Shown here piece after piece: positions 55,422-64,000 of a stretch of 64,000 nucleotides of DNA. This stretch comes from Bacteroidaceae bacterium (GTDB lineage: Bacteria > Bacteroidota > Bacteroidia > Bacteroidales > Bacteroidaceae). The translations under genes were made by a program, and so were the position numbers. A model generated the notes under the pieces. The model ran no database searches. It worked only from the letters and a program-made list of their open reading frames with translations, and had not been told where the DNA came from. The stretch's first letter is position 1. Every line of letters begins with the position of its first letter. The stretch is taken from assembly GCA_017556045.1 (NCBI GenBank), contig JAFZFF010000046.1, positions 13,004-77,003 on the forward strand. The letters are read 5' to 3'.

Positions 55422-56723
55422 TTATTTCAATATGCGGTTGTCTATTACGTGCTTGCCCTTACCTTGGCTACGCTCGATGCTGCCTGGCTCCATCAACTTC
55501 ACATCGGCGCTGATAGAGAGCACGCTCTTGAGGCGGTCGGCCAGCTTTTTCTTCATGGCTAGCATGCGTCCCATGTCATCGCTGAAGAAGTCGCGGCGCA
55601 CCTCTACCTGTACCTGCAGGGTGTCGAGGTTGCCAGCGCGGTCTACTACGAGCATATACTGCGGCTCGAACTCGGGCATCTCGAGTATCACGCTCTCCAC
55701 CTGTGAGGGGAACACGTTGATACCGCGTATGATGAGCATGTCATCGCTACGTCCTACGATGCGACCCATGCGTACGGCTGTACGTCCACAAGCACATTCG
55801 CCCTCCATCAGTGTGCAGAGGTCCTTAGTGCGGTAGCGCAGCAGGGGCATACCCTCTTTGGTGAGTGTAGTGAATACCAGTTCGCCCTGTTGTCCGCGGG
55901 GGAGTTGCTCCAGTGTCTCGGGGTTGATGATTTCGGGGTAGAAGTGGTCTTCGCAGATGTGCGAACCATTCTGTTCCTGGCACTCATACGATACGCCAGG
56001 ACCCATAATCTCGCTCAGTCCGTAGATGTTGTAGCCCTTCAGTCCGAGGCGCTCTTCAATCTCCTTACGCATGTTCTCTGTCCAAGGCTCAGCGCCGAAG
56101 GCTCCTATGCGCAAGTTGATGTCGTCTTTGGTCAAGCCCATCTTGTCCAGGGTCTCGGCCAAGTATAGTGCATATGAGGGAGTACAAGCGATACCTGAAA
56201 CCTTCAGGTCGCGGATGAGGCGTATGTGCTTCTCTGTGTTACCTGTAGAGGTGGGGATTACTGTAGCACCCAGGTTCTCTACGCCATAGTGGGCACCCAA
56301 GCCTCCGGTGAAGAGTCCGTATCCATAGGCCACTGAGAAGGTGTCGTCGCGTGTCACTCCATAAGCGGTGAGGCATCGTGCCATCACCTCAGACCATACG
56401 GCGAGGTCCTTGCGGGTGTAGCCCACGATGGTGGGGTTACCTGTAGTGCCCGATGAGGCGTGCACACGTACAATCTCAGAAGGAGGAGCTGCTTGTAGCC
56501 CATAAGGGTAGTTGTCGCGCAGGTCCTGCTTGGTGGTGAAGGGGAGCTTCACGATATCATCTATACTGCGGATGTCCTCGGGGGAGAGGTCCATCGCCTG
56601 CATCTTGTTACGATAGAAGGGGACATTGTGGTATACATATGTCACCAGCTTTTGTAGCCGCTTGCTCTGTAATGCGTGCATCTCGTCGCGGCTCATACAT
56701 TCCTTGTTTGGATTCCAAATCAT
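55422..56723 (-). CDS. paaK: Phenylacetate--CoA ligase
   Basis: 433 aa with SSGTTGNPT and family-typical length and layout. Confidence 0.85.
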   Translation of the reverse strand: MIWNPNKECMSRDEMHALQSKRLQKLVTYVYHNVPFYRNKMQAMDLSPEDIRSIDDIVKLPFTTKQDLRDNYPYGLQAAPPSEIVRVHASSGTTGNPTIVGYTRKDLAVWSEVMARCLTAYGVTRDDTFSVAYGYGLFTGGLGAHYGVENLGATVIPTSTGNTEKHIRLIRDLKVSGIACTPSYALYLAETLDKMGLTKDDINLRIGAFGAEPWTENMRKEIEERLGLKGYNIYGLSEIMGPGVSYECQEQNGSHICEDHFYPEIINPETLEQLPRGQQGELVFTTLTKEGMPLLRYRTKDLCTLMEGECACGRTAVRMGRIVGRSDDMLIIRGINVFPSQVESVILEMPEFEPQYMLVVDRAGNLDTLQVQVEVRRDFFSDDMGRMLAMKKKLADRLKSVLSISADVKLMEPGSIERSQGKGKHVIDNRILK

Positions 56724-56845
56724 ATTAATACCTTTTTAACCTATTAGAAGCTTTATTTGCAAGCTTGTCTTTACAATTTTCTGCAAATTTACACAAATTT
56801 CCTTTCCTTCATATATGTTTTGCTGATTTTTAGCGTCATTTTTTG

Positions 56846-56853
56846 TACCTTTG
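56846..56853 (+). promoter_or_regulatory. -7 promoter box (TACCTTTG) for prfC
   Basis: Consensus match 57 nt upstream of ATG 56910. Confidence 0.5.
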
Positions 56854-56909
56854 CAAAGATATGCTGTGTTCGCAGTGAAATATCTAAGCAAGCAGAAAAT
56901 AATAATCTT

Positions 56910-58475
56910 ATGAACGAAATAGAAAGAAGACGTACGTTTGCGATTATCTCGCACCCTGATGCTGGTAAGACAACCCTCACAGAAAAGCTCCTCCTCTTCG
57001 GAGGTCAGATTCAGGTAGCAGGTGCCGTTAAGTCAAATAAGATCAAAAAGTCAGCCACTTCGGACTGGATGGAGATCGAAAAGCAGCGCGGTATCTCTGT
57101 GACCACCTCTGTGATGGAGTTTGACTATAAGGATTACAAGGTAAATATCCTCGATACTCCTGGCCACCAGGACTTTGCTGAAGATACCTTCCGTACTCTT
57201 ACCGCCGTAGATAGCGTTATCATCGTAGTGGATAGTGCCAAGGGTGTTGAGACTCAGACTCGCAAGCTCATGGAGGTGTGTCGCATGCGCAACACTCCCG
57301 TGATTATCTATGTCAATAAGATGGACCGCGAGGGTCGCGACCCCTTCGAGCTCCTCGATGAACTCGAGGATGAGCTGAAGATCAGCGTGCTCCCCTTGAG
57401 CTGGCCTATCGAGCAGGGTGCTCGCTTTAAGGGTGTATACAATCGCTACGAGCAGAAGTTTGACCTATATACACCGAGCAAGCAGGTAGTAACAGAGAAG
57501 AAGGAGATTGATATTAATAGCAGCGACCTTGAGGCTAATATCGGTGAAGCTCAAGCAGAGAAACTCCGTGCCGATCTTGAACTCATTGAGGGAGTATATC
57601 CTGAGTTCGACGTAGAGGACTACCTCTCAGCAACGGTGGCTCCTGTCTTCTTCGGTTCGGCATTGAACAATTTTGGCGTAAAGGAGTTGCTCGATTGCTT
57701 CGTAGAGATTGCTCCCAGCCCACGTCCTACACCTGCCGTAGAGCGTGAGGTAGTACCTGCCGAGGAGAAGTTTACAGGCTTCATTTTCAAGATTACTGCA
57801 AACATCGACCCCAATCACCGCTCGTGCGTAGCCTTTTGTAAAGTTTGTTCAGGTAAGTTTGTGCGCAACGCTCCTTACTTACATATTCGTTCAGGCAAGA
57901 CTATGAGATTCTCTTCGCCCACTCAGTTTATGGCTCAGCGCAAGAGTACTATCGATGTAGCATATCCTGGCGATATCATCGGTCTCCCTGATACCGGAAA
58001 CTTTAAGATTGGTGATACACTCACTGAGGGCGAATTGCTCCACTTTAAGGGACTGCCTTCGTTCTCTCCAGAGATGTTTAAGTATATTGAAAATGCTGAT
58101 CCCATGAAGACCAAGCAGTTGGCCAAGGGTATCGACCAACTCATGGGTGAGGGTGTAGCACAGCTCTTCGTAAACCAGTTCAACGGTCGTAAGATTATCG
58201 GTACTGTAGGTCAGCTTCAGTTTGAGGTTATCCAGTATCGTTTGGAGAATGAGTACAACGCCAAGTGCCGTTGGGAACCTGTGAGTCTCTACAAGGCTTG
58301 TTGGATTGAGAGCGACGATGCTGCTGAGCTCGAAGCATTCAAGAAACGTAAGTATCAGTTTATGGCCAAGGATATCGAAGGTCGCGACGTCTTCCTTGCT
58401 GATAGCGGCTATGTGCTCCAAATGGCACAGATTGACTTCAAGAATATCCGCTTCCACTTCACTAGCGAATTCTGA
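56910..58475 (+). CDS. prfC: Peptide chain release factor 3
   Basis: Start set at [32 protein letters not shown], the canonical RF3 N-terminus. Confidence 0.92.
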   Translation: MNEIERRRTFAIISHPDAGKTTLTEKLLLFGGQIQVAGAVKSNKIKKSATSDWMEIEKQRGISVTTSVMEFDYKDYKVNILDTPGHQDFAEDTFRTLTAVDSVIIVVDSAKGVETQTRKLMEVCRMRNTPVIIYVNKMDREGRDPFELLDELEDELKISVLPLSWPIEQGARFKGVYNRYEQKFDLYTPSKQVVTEKKEIDINSSDLEANIGEAQAEKLRADLELIEGVYPEFDVEDYLSATVAPVFFGSALNNFGVKELLDCFVEIAPSPRPTPAVEREVVPAEEKFTGFIFKITANIDPNHRSCVAFCKVCSGKFVRNAPYLHIRSGKTMRFSSPTQFMAQRKSTIDVAYPGDIIGLPDTGNFKIGDTLTEGELLHFKGLPSFSPEMFKYIENADPMKTKQLAKGIDQLMGEGVAQLFVNQFNGRKIIGTVGQLQFEVIQYRLENEYNAKCRWEPVSLYKACWIESDDAAELEAFKKRKYQFMAKDIEGRDVFLADSGYVLQMAQIDFKNIRFHFTSEF

Positions 58476-58550
58476 TAGTTCCTACCTATATTATACATAC
58501 TCCCCGATTCTAAGTAGAGTCGGGGAGTGTTTTGTTTTTGGAGTGTCAGA

Positions 58551-59414
58551 TTATTGCTCTGTCTGCTGATAGAATCTGATGTAGTCTATCTCGTATCGTA
58601 TGGGGTACTTCTCGGGCGCAGGAAGACCACCATGTTGTCCTCCGATAGCGAGGTTGAGCAAGAAGTAGTGTGGGGTGTGGAAGGGGTTCTTATGCTCTCC
58701 GTAGGTGCCGTTGATGGTGCGGGTGAGGTCTATGTCGTTGAGCAGCTCGTCGTCGAGGTATATGCGTAGGTACTCGGGCTTCCACTCCATGCGCCAGATG
58801 TGAAACTTATCGGCCCAAGCGGGATCGAGCTCGAGGAAGTGGGCAAAGGGTATGGTCTTGGTATTCCATACGGCTTGGTTGTGGTCGTTGCCCCAGGCGG
58901 CATTGGCAAGGATATGGGGGACATCGTCGATGCGGTAATACTCCATTACATCAATCTCTCCACAAGAGGGCCAGCGCCATTGACTGCCGAGGGTCCAGAT
59001 GGCTGGCCATGAACCTTCGACGATGGGGATGCGGGCTCTTACCTCCAAGGTGCCAAAGAGAAATTCGTGTTTGCCACGTGTGTTGACAGAGGCTGAGGTA
59101 TACTCGGCATATTCGCGCTTTTGACGCCAATCGGGACGTCTGCCATTGGGCAATGACTTCGCATGGTGGGGATTATTGACCTGCTCGTGACGGGCGGTAA
59201 TGATGAGGCATCCATCGCGGCAGATAGCATTGTCGGGCTGGTACCACTGTAGCTCATAGTTGCGTACGAAGCCATGCTCGTAGTTCCAGTCGGCCTCGTT
59301 GAGGGGGCCAGCGGTATTGAACTCGTCGCTCCACACAAGGGTGCCCTTGGTATGGGTTTGGGCATAGAGAAGGGTGGTGAGGAGGCCTATAGTAGTAAGG
59401 AGTATTCTTTTCAT
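58551..59414 (-). CDS. GH16 beta-glucanase (laminarinase/lichenase-like)
   Basis: Signal peptide and the GEIDVMEY (ExDxxE) catalytic motif. Confidence 0.85.
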   Translation of the reverse strand: MKRILLTTIGLLTTLLYAQTHTKGTLVWSDEFNTAGPLNEADWNYEHGFVRNYELQWYQPDNAICRDGCLIITARHEQVNNPHHAKSLPNGRRPDWRQKREYAEYTSASVNTRGKHEFLFGTLEVRARIPIVEGSWPAIWTLGSQWRWPSCGEIDVMEYYRIDDVPHILANAAWGNDHNQAVWNTKTIPFAHFLELDPAWADKFHIWRMEWKPEYLRIYLDDELLNDIDLTRTINGTYGEHKNPFHTPHYFLLNLAIGGQHGGLPAPEKYPIRYEIDYIRFYQQTEQ

Positions 59415-59496
59415 GATTTATGATTTAAGATTTATGGTCACTAGATCTGTGTGATTTTAGACTCATCGCAGGAATGTATGATAAGAGAAAAATAAA

Positions 59497-59531
59497 CAGA
59501 GGATGTGTCGGCTGTTTTGACACACCCTCTG
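59497..59531 (-). terminator. Terminator of the mmd operon
   Basis: 13-position stem CAGAGGATGTGTC/GACACACCCTCTG (one mismatch), followed on the minus strand by TTTATTTTTCTC. Confidence 0.7.
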
Positions 59532-59549
59532 CTTGTTGTATGGTGATGC

Positions 59550-60710
59550 TTAAATCAAGAATCCGAGCAGCACACCTGCGGCACAAGCTGAACCGATAAC
59601 ACCAGCTACGTTGGGACCCATGGCATTCATGAGCAGGTAGTTGGTGGGGTCGGCCTTCTGACCTTCATCGTGAGAGATACGAGCAGCCATAGGTACGGCT
59701 GATACGCCAGCATTACCGATGAGCGGATTGATCTTCTTACCCTTGGGCAAGAAGAGGTTCATGAACTTCACGAACAATACGCCACTGGCTGTAGCGATGA
59801 CGAAGGCGGTGATACCTACGAGCAAGATCTTCAAGGTAGAGGGAGTGAGGAACTCGCTGGCCTGTGTAGATGCACCTACGGTGAGACCGAGAAGGATGGT
59901 GATACAGTTGATCAGGGGACCCTTAGCAGCCTCGGCCAAACGACCTGTAACGCCACTTACGTTCAAGAGGTTTCCGAAGAAGAGCATACCCAACAGGGGC
60001 AAGCCACTGGGCACGATGAAGGCGGTGAGCAACAGACCTACGATGGGGAAGATGATCTTCTCTGTCTGTGATACCTGACGGGGAGCCTCCATGCGGATGA
60101 GGCGCTCTTTCTTTGTAGTGAGCAGGCGCATGATGGGGCGCTGAATCACGGGCACGAGGGCCATGTATGAGTATGCACACACGGCGATAGCTCCCATGAG
60201 GTTGGGCGCGAGCTTCGATGACAGGAAGATGGCGGTAGGACCATCGGCACCACCGATGATGGCGATACCTGCTGCCTGGTCGGGCTCAAAGCCGAGAAGC
60301 AATGCAATAATGTAAGCTGCGAAGATACCGAACTGAGCAGCAGCACCTACGAGCATCATCTTGGGATTGGCGATGAGCGGAGCAAAGTCGGTCATGGCAC
60401 CAATGCCGAGGAAGATGAGGGGCGGGTACCAACCGGTCTTAACACCCTGGTAGAGGATGTTGAGCACTGAACCCTCTTCATAGAGACCGATTTCAAGACC
60501 GGCATCTGCCTTAAAGGGGATGTTACCCAAGATAATACCAAAGCCTATGGGCACGAGCAACAGAGGCTCCCAGCCCTTCTTGATGGCGAGTGTGATGAAG
60601 AGGCATCCTACCGCAATCATCACAATATGGCCAACCGTAGCATTGGCAAAACCGGTGTATTGCCAAAAGTCTACGAGGTTATTTCCGATAAAATTAAAAA
60701 AGTCGTTCAT
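59550..60710 (-). CDS. mmdB: Na+-translocating decarboxylase beta subunit
   Basis: 386-aa polytopic membrane protein with the OadB/MmdB-type sequence and operon context. Confidence 0.88.
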   Translation of the reverse strand: MNDFFNFIGNNLVDFWQYTGFANATVGHIVMIAVGCLFITLAIKKGWEPLLLVPIGFGIILGNIPFKADAGLEIGLYEEGSVLNILYQGVKTGWYPPLIFLGIGAMTDFAPLIANPKMMLVGAAAQFGIFAAYIIALLLGFEPDQAAGIAIIGGADGPTAIFLSSKLAPNLMGAIAVCAYSYMALVPVIQRPIMRLLTTKKERLIRMEAPRQVSQTEKIIFPIVGLLLTAFIVPSGLPLLGMLFFGNLLNVSGVTGRLAEAAKGPLINCITILLGLTVGASTQASEFLTPSTLKILLVGITAFVIATASGVLFVKFMNLFLPKGKKINPLIGNAGVSAVPMAARISHDEGQKADPTNYLLMNAMGPNVAGVIGSACAAGVLLGFLI

Positions 60711-60720
60711 GTTATTGATG

Positions 60721-60875
60721 GACCCCCTCTAACTCCCCCTCTATGGGGAGGATTCAGCCTTCGCGGAGGAGCAGAATGAGGTTGTTTTATTGATTTTACA
60801 TCTTAAATAATTGATATTCGCCCTGCATGGTTTCTCCCCATAGAGGGGGAGATGCCCAAAGGGCAGAGGGGGTCT
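60721..60875. repeat. 155-bp nested-palindrome element, copy A (within the mmd operon)
   Basis: Outer IR GACCCCCTCT/AGAGGGGGTC and inner IR CTCCCCCTCTATGGGGAG/CTCCCCATAGAGGGGGAG. It is near-identical at both ends to 63867..64000. Confidence 0.85.
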
Positions 60876-61313
60876 TTATCCAAGTGTGATGATGTCAGTG
60901 CCTTCTGCGATTGACTGACCCTTCTCTACGTTGATAGATACTACGGTACCCTCGCGGTCTGCATTGATGTTGTTTTCCATCTTCATTGCTTCGAGGATGG
61001 CGATGGTCTGACCCTTGCTTACTGCGTCGCCTACCTTTACCTTGATATCGAGGATGACACCGGGCAGAGGAGCCTTGATACCTGCGCCACCAGCTGCGGG
61101 AGCAGCCTTAGGTGCGGGAGCGGCCGCGGGAGCTGCAGCTGCAGGAGCTGCGGCGGGACGTGCTACGGGTTTGCTTACTGCGGGCTTGGCCGGACGGTCG
61201 AGCTCTACTTGGTATGACTTGCCATTGACGGTAACGTTGGCCTTGTTACCTTCGAGTTCTTCTACGGCTACATTGTATTCGTTGCCGTTGATTTTATACT
61301 TATATTCTTTCAT
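60876..61313 (-). CDS. mmdC: Biotin carboxyl carrier subunit of the decarboxylase
   Basis: EAMKMEN biotinylation motif and an Ala/Pro linker. ATG at 61313 (the ORF-track start at 61331 is TTG inside the heptamer array). Confidence 0.85.
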   Translation of the reverse strand: MKEYKYKINGNEYNVAVEELEGNKANVTVNGKSYQVELDRPAKPAVSKPVARPAAAPAAAAPAAAPAPKAAPAAGGAGIKAPLPGVILDIKVKVGDAVSKGQTIAILEAMKMENNINADREGTVVSINVEKGQSIAEGTDIITLG

Positions 61314-61325
61314 GTCTTCCAAAAT

Positions 61326-61362
61326 TTTCAATTCTCAATTTTCAATTTTCAATTCTCAATTG
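61326..61362 (-). repeat. Intercistronic heptamer array, 5 x (R)AATTGA on the coding strand
   Basis: Plus-strand TCA at 61328, 61335, 61342, 61349 and 61356 gives TGA every 7 nt on the minus strand. Confidence 0.9.
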
Positions 61363-62267
61363 TTAGCATGTGTACGAGTCAGCATACGCCAGCTTGATTC
61401 GCCACCATTGATGGTGAGGATATCACTCTCTTCATCGTGTACGTTGCCGAAATGCTCGTGCAATGCCATGCAGATGGCTGCCATCTCTTCGTCGTTAGCG
61501 TCGCCCTTGGTTGCGGGTGCTTCGGGAGCAGGAGCTGCCTTAGGAGCGGGAGCCTTCTTGGTGCTTGAGATGGTGCTTGCAAAGATCTTGCCGATGATAG
61601 CGAAGAGCCACCAGAGGATAGCAAGAGCTGAGAATACTACCGCCATACACATCACGGTCATACCGAGGCCGAGGCTATCCATACGCTTGAACTTGGCCAC
61701 CTTGCCTTCGCCCTGCTCTACGATATTGGTAGCTGCGGGGGTCACGTTGTCGGCAGTCACGATGCGCCATTCGCCTACGCCGTCCTTAGCGCGAGCCCAT
61801 GACTGGTTTTCGCCGAGGGCGGGCACGGTGACTGAGTCGAGTAGGGTGGTGCCGTTAGCATCGTACAGAGCAATCCAGTTTTCGGTGCTGTCTTTCAATG
61901 TAAAGTTCGTGTGGAAGATACCGCGCTTGGGAAGCTCGTCGGCGAAGAAGAGCATCTTCTGCTTACCCTCAATATGGGTGTCTACGCTTCCCGAAGGTAT
62001 CTGATACATCATCTTGATGCGCTCGGGTGCACTGAGCTCCTTGTTCAGCACGGCGCGATTGGTCGTGAGGAAGCAGTTGCGTGCGTTCGCCGAGGCAAAG
62101 GCATCATTATGAAATTCTATCCATGCCGAACGGCAGCCATACTCGTCGACGATGCTGGCTGTGTTGGTCACGAGAATCTCATTAAACTTGAGGTTCTTGG
62201 CACCCTGGGCAAAGCCCGCGGTGGTAGCCAAGAAAACCATTAGTGTTGTTAATATCGTTTTTTTCAT
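61356..62267 (-). CDS. OadG-family subunit with N-terminal lamin-tail-like domain
   Basis: Signal peptide, an LTD-like N-terminal region (FNEILV...), a TM helix, an Ala/Pro linker and an OadG-like C-terminus. ATG at 62267 (the track start at 62276 is TTG). Confidence 0.7.
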   Translation of the reverse strand: MKKTILTTLMVFLATTAGFAQGAKNLKFNEILVTNTASIVDEYGCRSAWIEFHNDAFASANARNCFLTTNRAVLNKELSAPERIKMMYQIPSGSVDTHIEGKQKMLFFADELPKRGIFHTNFTLKDSTENWIALYDANGTTLLDSVTVPALGENQSWARAKDGVGEWRIVTADNVTPAATNIVEQGEGKVAKFKRMDSLGLGMTVMCMAVVFSALAILWWLFAIIGKIFASTISSTKKAPAPKAAPAPEAPATKGDANDEEMAAICMALHEHFGNVHDEESDILTINGGESSWRMLTRTHANN

Positions 62268-62310
62268 AATTGTCAATTTTCAATTATCAATTATCAATTG
62301 TCAATTATTA
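62268..62310 (-). repeat. Intercistronic heptamer array, 5 x AATTGAN on the coding strand
   Basis: Plus-strand TCA at 62273, 62280, 62287, 62294 and 62301. It is preceded by the mmdA TAA stop at 62308-62310. Confidence 0.9.
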
Positions 62311-63858
62311 CAGAGGTATATTGCCGTGTTTCTTCTTCGGGTTCTCAAGCTTCTTGGTCTGCAACTCTGCCAATGCGCGGATGATGCGGAAGCGGGTGTT
62401 GCGAGGCTCGATAACGTCGTCGATGTAGCCGTACTTGGCAGCATTGTAGGGATTGGCGAAGAGCTTGGTGTACTCGGCCTCCTTCTCGGCGATGAATGCC
62501 TTGGGGTCTTCCTGCTCCTTAGCCTCCTTAGCGTAGAGTACAGCAGCAGCACCACTTGCACCCATCACGGCAATCTCAGCAGAGGGCCATGCATAGTTCA
62601 TGTCGCCACGGAGTTGCTTACAGCTCATCACGATGTGGCTACCACCGTATGACTTACGCAGAGTAACGGTTACCTTAGGTACGGTAGCTTCGCCGAAGGC
62701 GTAGAGCAACTTAGCACCGTGGAGGATAACGGCATTGTACTCCTGGCCTGTGCCGGGGAGGAAGCCGGGAACGTCTACGAGGGTCACCAAGGGGATATTG
62801 AAGGCGTCGCAGAAGCGTACGAAGCGAGCAGCCTTGCGTGAAGCGTTGCAATCGAGCACGCCAGCGAATGCCATGGGCTGGTTAGCTACGATACCTACTG
62901 ACTCGCCATTGAAGCGTGCGAAACCTACGATGATGTTCTTCGCATAGTCTTTCTGTACCTCGAGGAACTCGCCATTGTCGATGATAGCGCCGATAACCTC
63001 ATACATATTATATGCCTTGTTGGGGTTGTCGGGGATAATCTCGTTGAGGAGGTCTTCCTTGCGGTCGATGGGGTCGGTGCATGCTACGCGGGGAGCCTGC
63101 TCCATATTGTTCTGAGGCATGTATGAGAGGAGTTTGCGGATCATTGCCAATGCCTCTTCCTCGGTCTGAGCGGTGAAGTGTGTCACACCTGACTTTGATG
63201 AGTGTACTGATGCGCCACCGAGCTGCTCCTGGGTAACGTCTTCGCCGAGCACGGTCTTAACAACGGCAGGACCTGTGAGGAACATGTATGAGGTACCTTC
63301 CATCATCAAGGTGAAGTCGGTGAGGGCGGGTGAATATACGGCACCACCTGCGCAAGGGCCGAAGATACCTGAAATCTGAGGAATCACACCTGAAGCCATG
63401 ATATTGCGCTGGAAGATCTCTGAGTAGCCAGCGAGCGCGTTGATACCCTCCTGGATACGTGCACCACCCGAGTCGTTGATGCCGATGACGGGAGCACCCA
63501 TCTTCATGGCAGCATCCATAATCTTACAGATCTTCATCGCCATGGTCTCTGAGAGTGAGCCTGCGTTTACGGTGAAGTCCTGTGCGAATACGTATACCAA
63601 GCGGCCGTCGATAGTACCATAACCGGTTACTACACCATCACCGAGGGCTTGCTTCTTCTCCATGCCGAAGTTGTGGCAACGGTGGGTGACAAACATGTCC
63701 ATCTCTTCGAATGAACCCTTGTCGAGCAACATATCGATGCGCTCACGTGCGGTATACTTACCCTTCTCATGCTGCTTTTCAATGGCTTTAACGCCGCCGC
63801 CCAAACGGGCTTTCTCGCGCAGCTCTACGAGTTCTCTGATTTTATCTAATTGTGACAT
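62308..63858 (-). CDS. mmdA: Methylmalonyl-CoA decarboxylase alpha subunit (carboxyltransferase)
   Basis: 516 aa, carboxyltransferase family throughout, in an operon with the biotin carrier and Na+ pump subunits. Confidence 0.9.
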   Translation of the reverse strand: MSQLDKIRELVELREKARLGGGVKAIEKQHEKGKYTARERIDMLLDKGSFEEMDMFVTHRCHNFGMEKKQALGDGVVTGYGTIDGRLVYVFAQDFTVNAGSLSETMAMKICKIMDAAMKMGAPVIGINDSGGARIQEGINALAGYSEIFQRNIMASGVIPQISGIFGPCAGGAVYSPALTDFTLMMEGTSYMFLTGPAVVKTVLGEDVTQEQLGGASVHSSKSGVTHFTAQTEEEALAMIRKLLSYMPQNNMEQAPRVACTDPIDRKEDLLNEIIPDNPNKAYNMYEVIGAIIDNGEFLEVQKDYAKNIIVGFARFNGESVGIVANQPMAFAGVLDCNASRKAARFVRFCDAFNIPLVTLVDVPGFLPGTGQEYNAVILHGAKLLYAFGEATVPKVTVTLRKSYGGSHIVMSCKQLRGDMNYAWPSAEIAVMGASGAAAVLYAKEAKEQEDPKAFIAEKEAEYTKLFANPYNAAKYGYIDDVIEPRNTRFRIIRALAELQTKKLENPKKKHGNIPL

Positions 63859-63866
63859 AATGGGAG

Positions 63867-64000
63867 ACCCCCTCTAACTCCCCCTCTATGGGGAGGACTC
63901 AGCCTTCGCGGAGGAGTAGAATGAGGTTGTTTTATAGTTATACTTTTAATTTATTGTATTCGTCCCGTATGGTCTCCCCATAGAGGGGGAGATGCCCAAA
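63867..64000. repeat. Nested-palindrome element, copy B (cut by window end)
   Basis: It starts GACCCCCTCTAACTCCCCCTCTATGGGGAGGAYTCAGCCTTCGCGGAGGAG... as in copy A. Its right arm is CTCCCCATAGAGGGGGAGATGCCCAAA. Confidence 0.85.

Noticed and set aside
61015-62004. 329-aa plus-strand ORF spanning mmdC and the oadG-like gene.
   Set aside because: It is antisense to two well-supported operon genes. Its composition mirrors their Ala/Pro linkers, and it crosses the intercistronic repeat.

Overview
The window looks like a Bacteroidales (Prevotella-like) chromosome segment. This is an inference from many TAnnTTTG -7 promoter boxes, a T9SS C-terminal sorting tail, DUF4248/DUF3987 genes, a PPi-dependent phosphofructokinase and a Na+-translocating methylmalonyl-CoA decarboxylase operon.

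Layout:
- Housekeeping blocks lie at about 1-11.2 kb (ettA, topB, thioredoxin/rubredoxin, GH36, two acyl-CoA synthetases), 24-44 kb (capA, folD, ffh, malQ, pfp, pepP, hydF/hydG, catalase, cysK) and 51.2-64 kb (nuclease-helicase, SLT, ACT+paaK, prfC, GH16, mmd operon).
- Two visibly AT-richer accessory segments interrupt them.
- The first, about 11.2-24 kb, is a decayed island abutting the 3' end of tRNA-His. It holds small orphan operons, an HsdR_N-like nuclease, a DUF4160/DUF2442 pair, DUF4248-DUF3987-frameshifted primase, a DUF234 ATPase, HU and a repeat-flanked GxxExxY cassette.
- The second, about 44.2-51.2 kb, holds a RhuM-Fic/Doc fusion and a small gene followed by a 1052-aa LRR/MBG T9SS surface protein.
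- I saw no rRNA, CRISPR array, integrase or transposase.

The most unusual signal is non-coding.
1. A recurring class of 7-nt tandem arrays has one stop codon in nearly every unit, so the stops rotate through all three frames. These arrays sit at gene 3' ends and fill two intercistronic spacers of the mmd operon.
2. A 162-nt element with a perfect 28-bp inverted repeat carries such stop arrays on both strands. It shares an 11-nt core (TATCCGGAGGC) with a second locus.
3. A 155-bp nested-palindrome element is present twice in the mmd operon.
4. A 182-bp MITE-like element has perfect 17-bp TIRs and a 6-bp target-site duplication.
5. One repeat block is intact in one copy and split by a 317-bp insert in the other.

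All coordinates and alignments were derived by eye. Functional readings of these elements are hypotheses.
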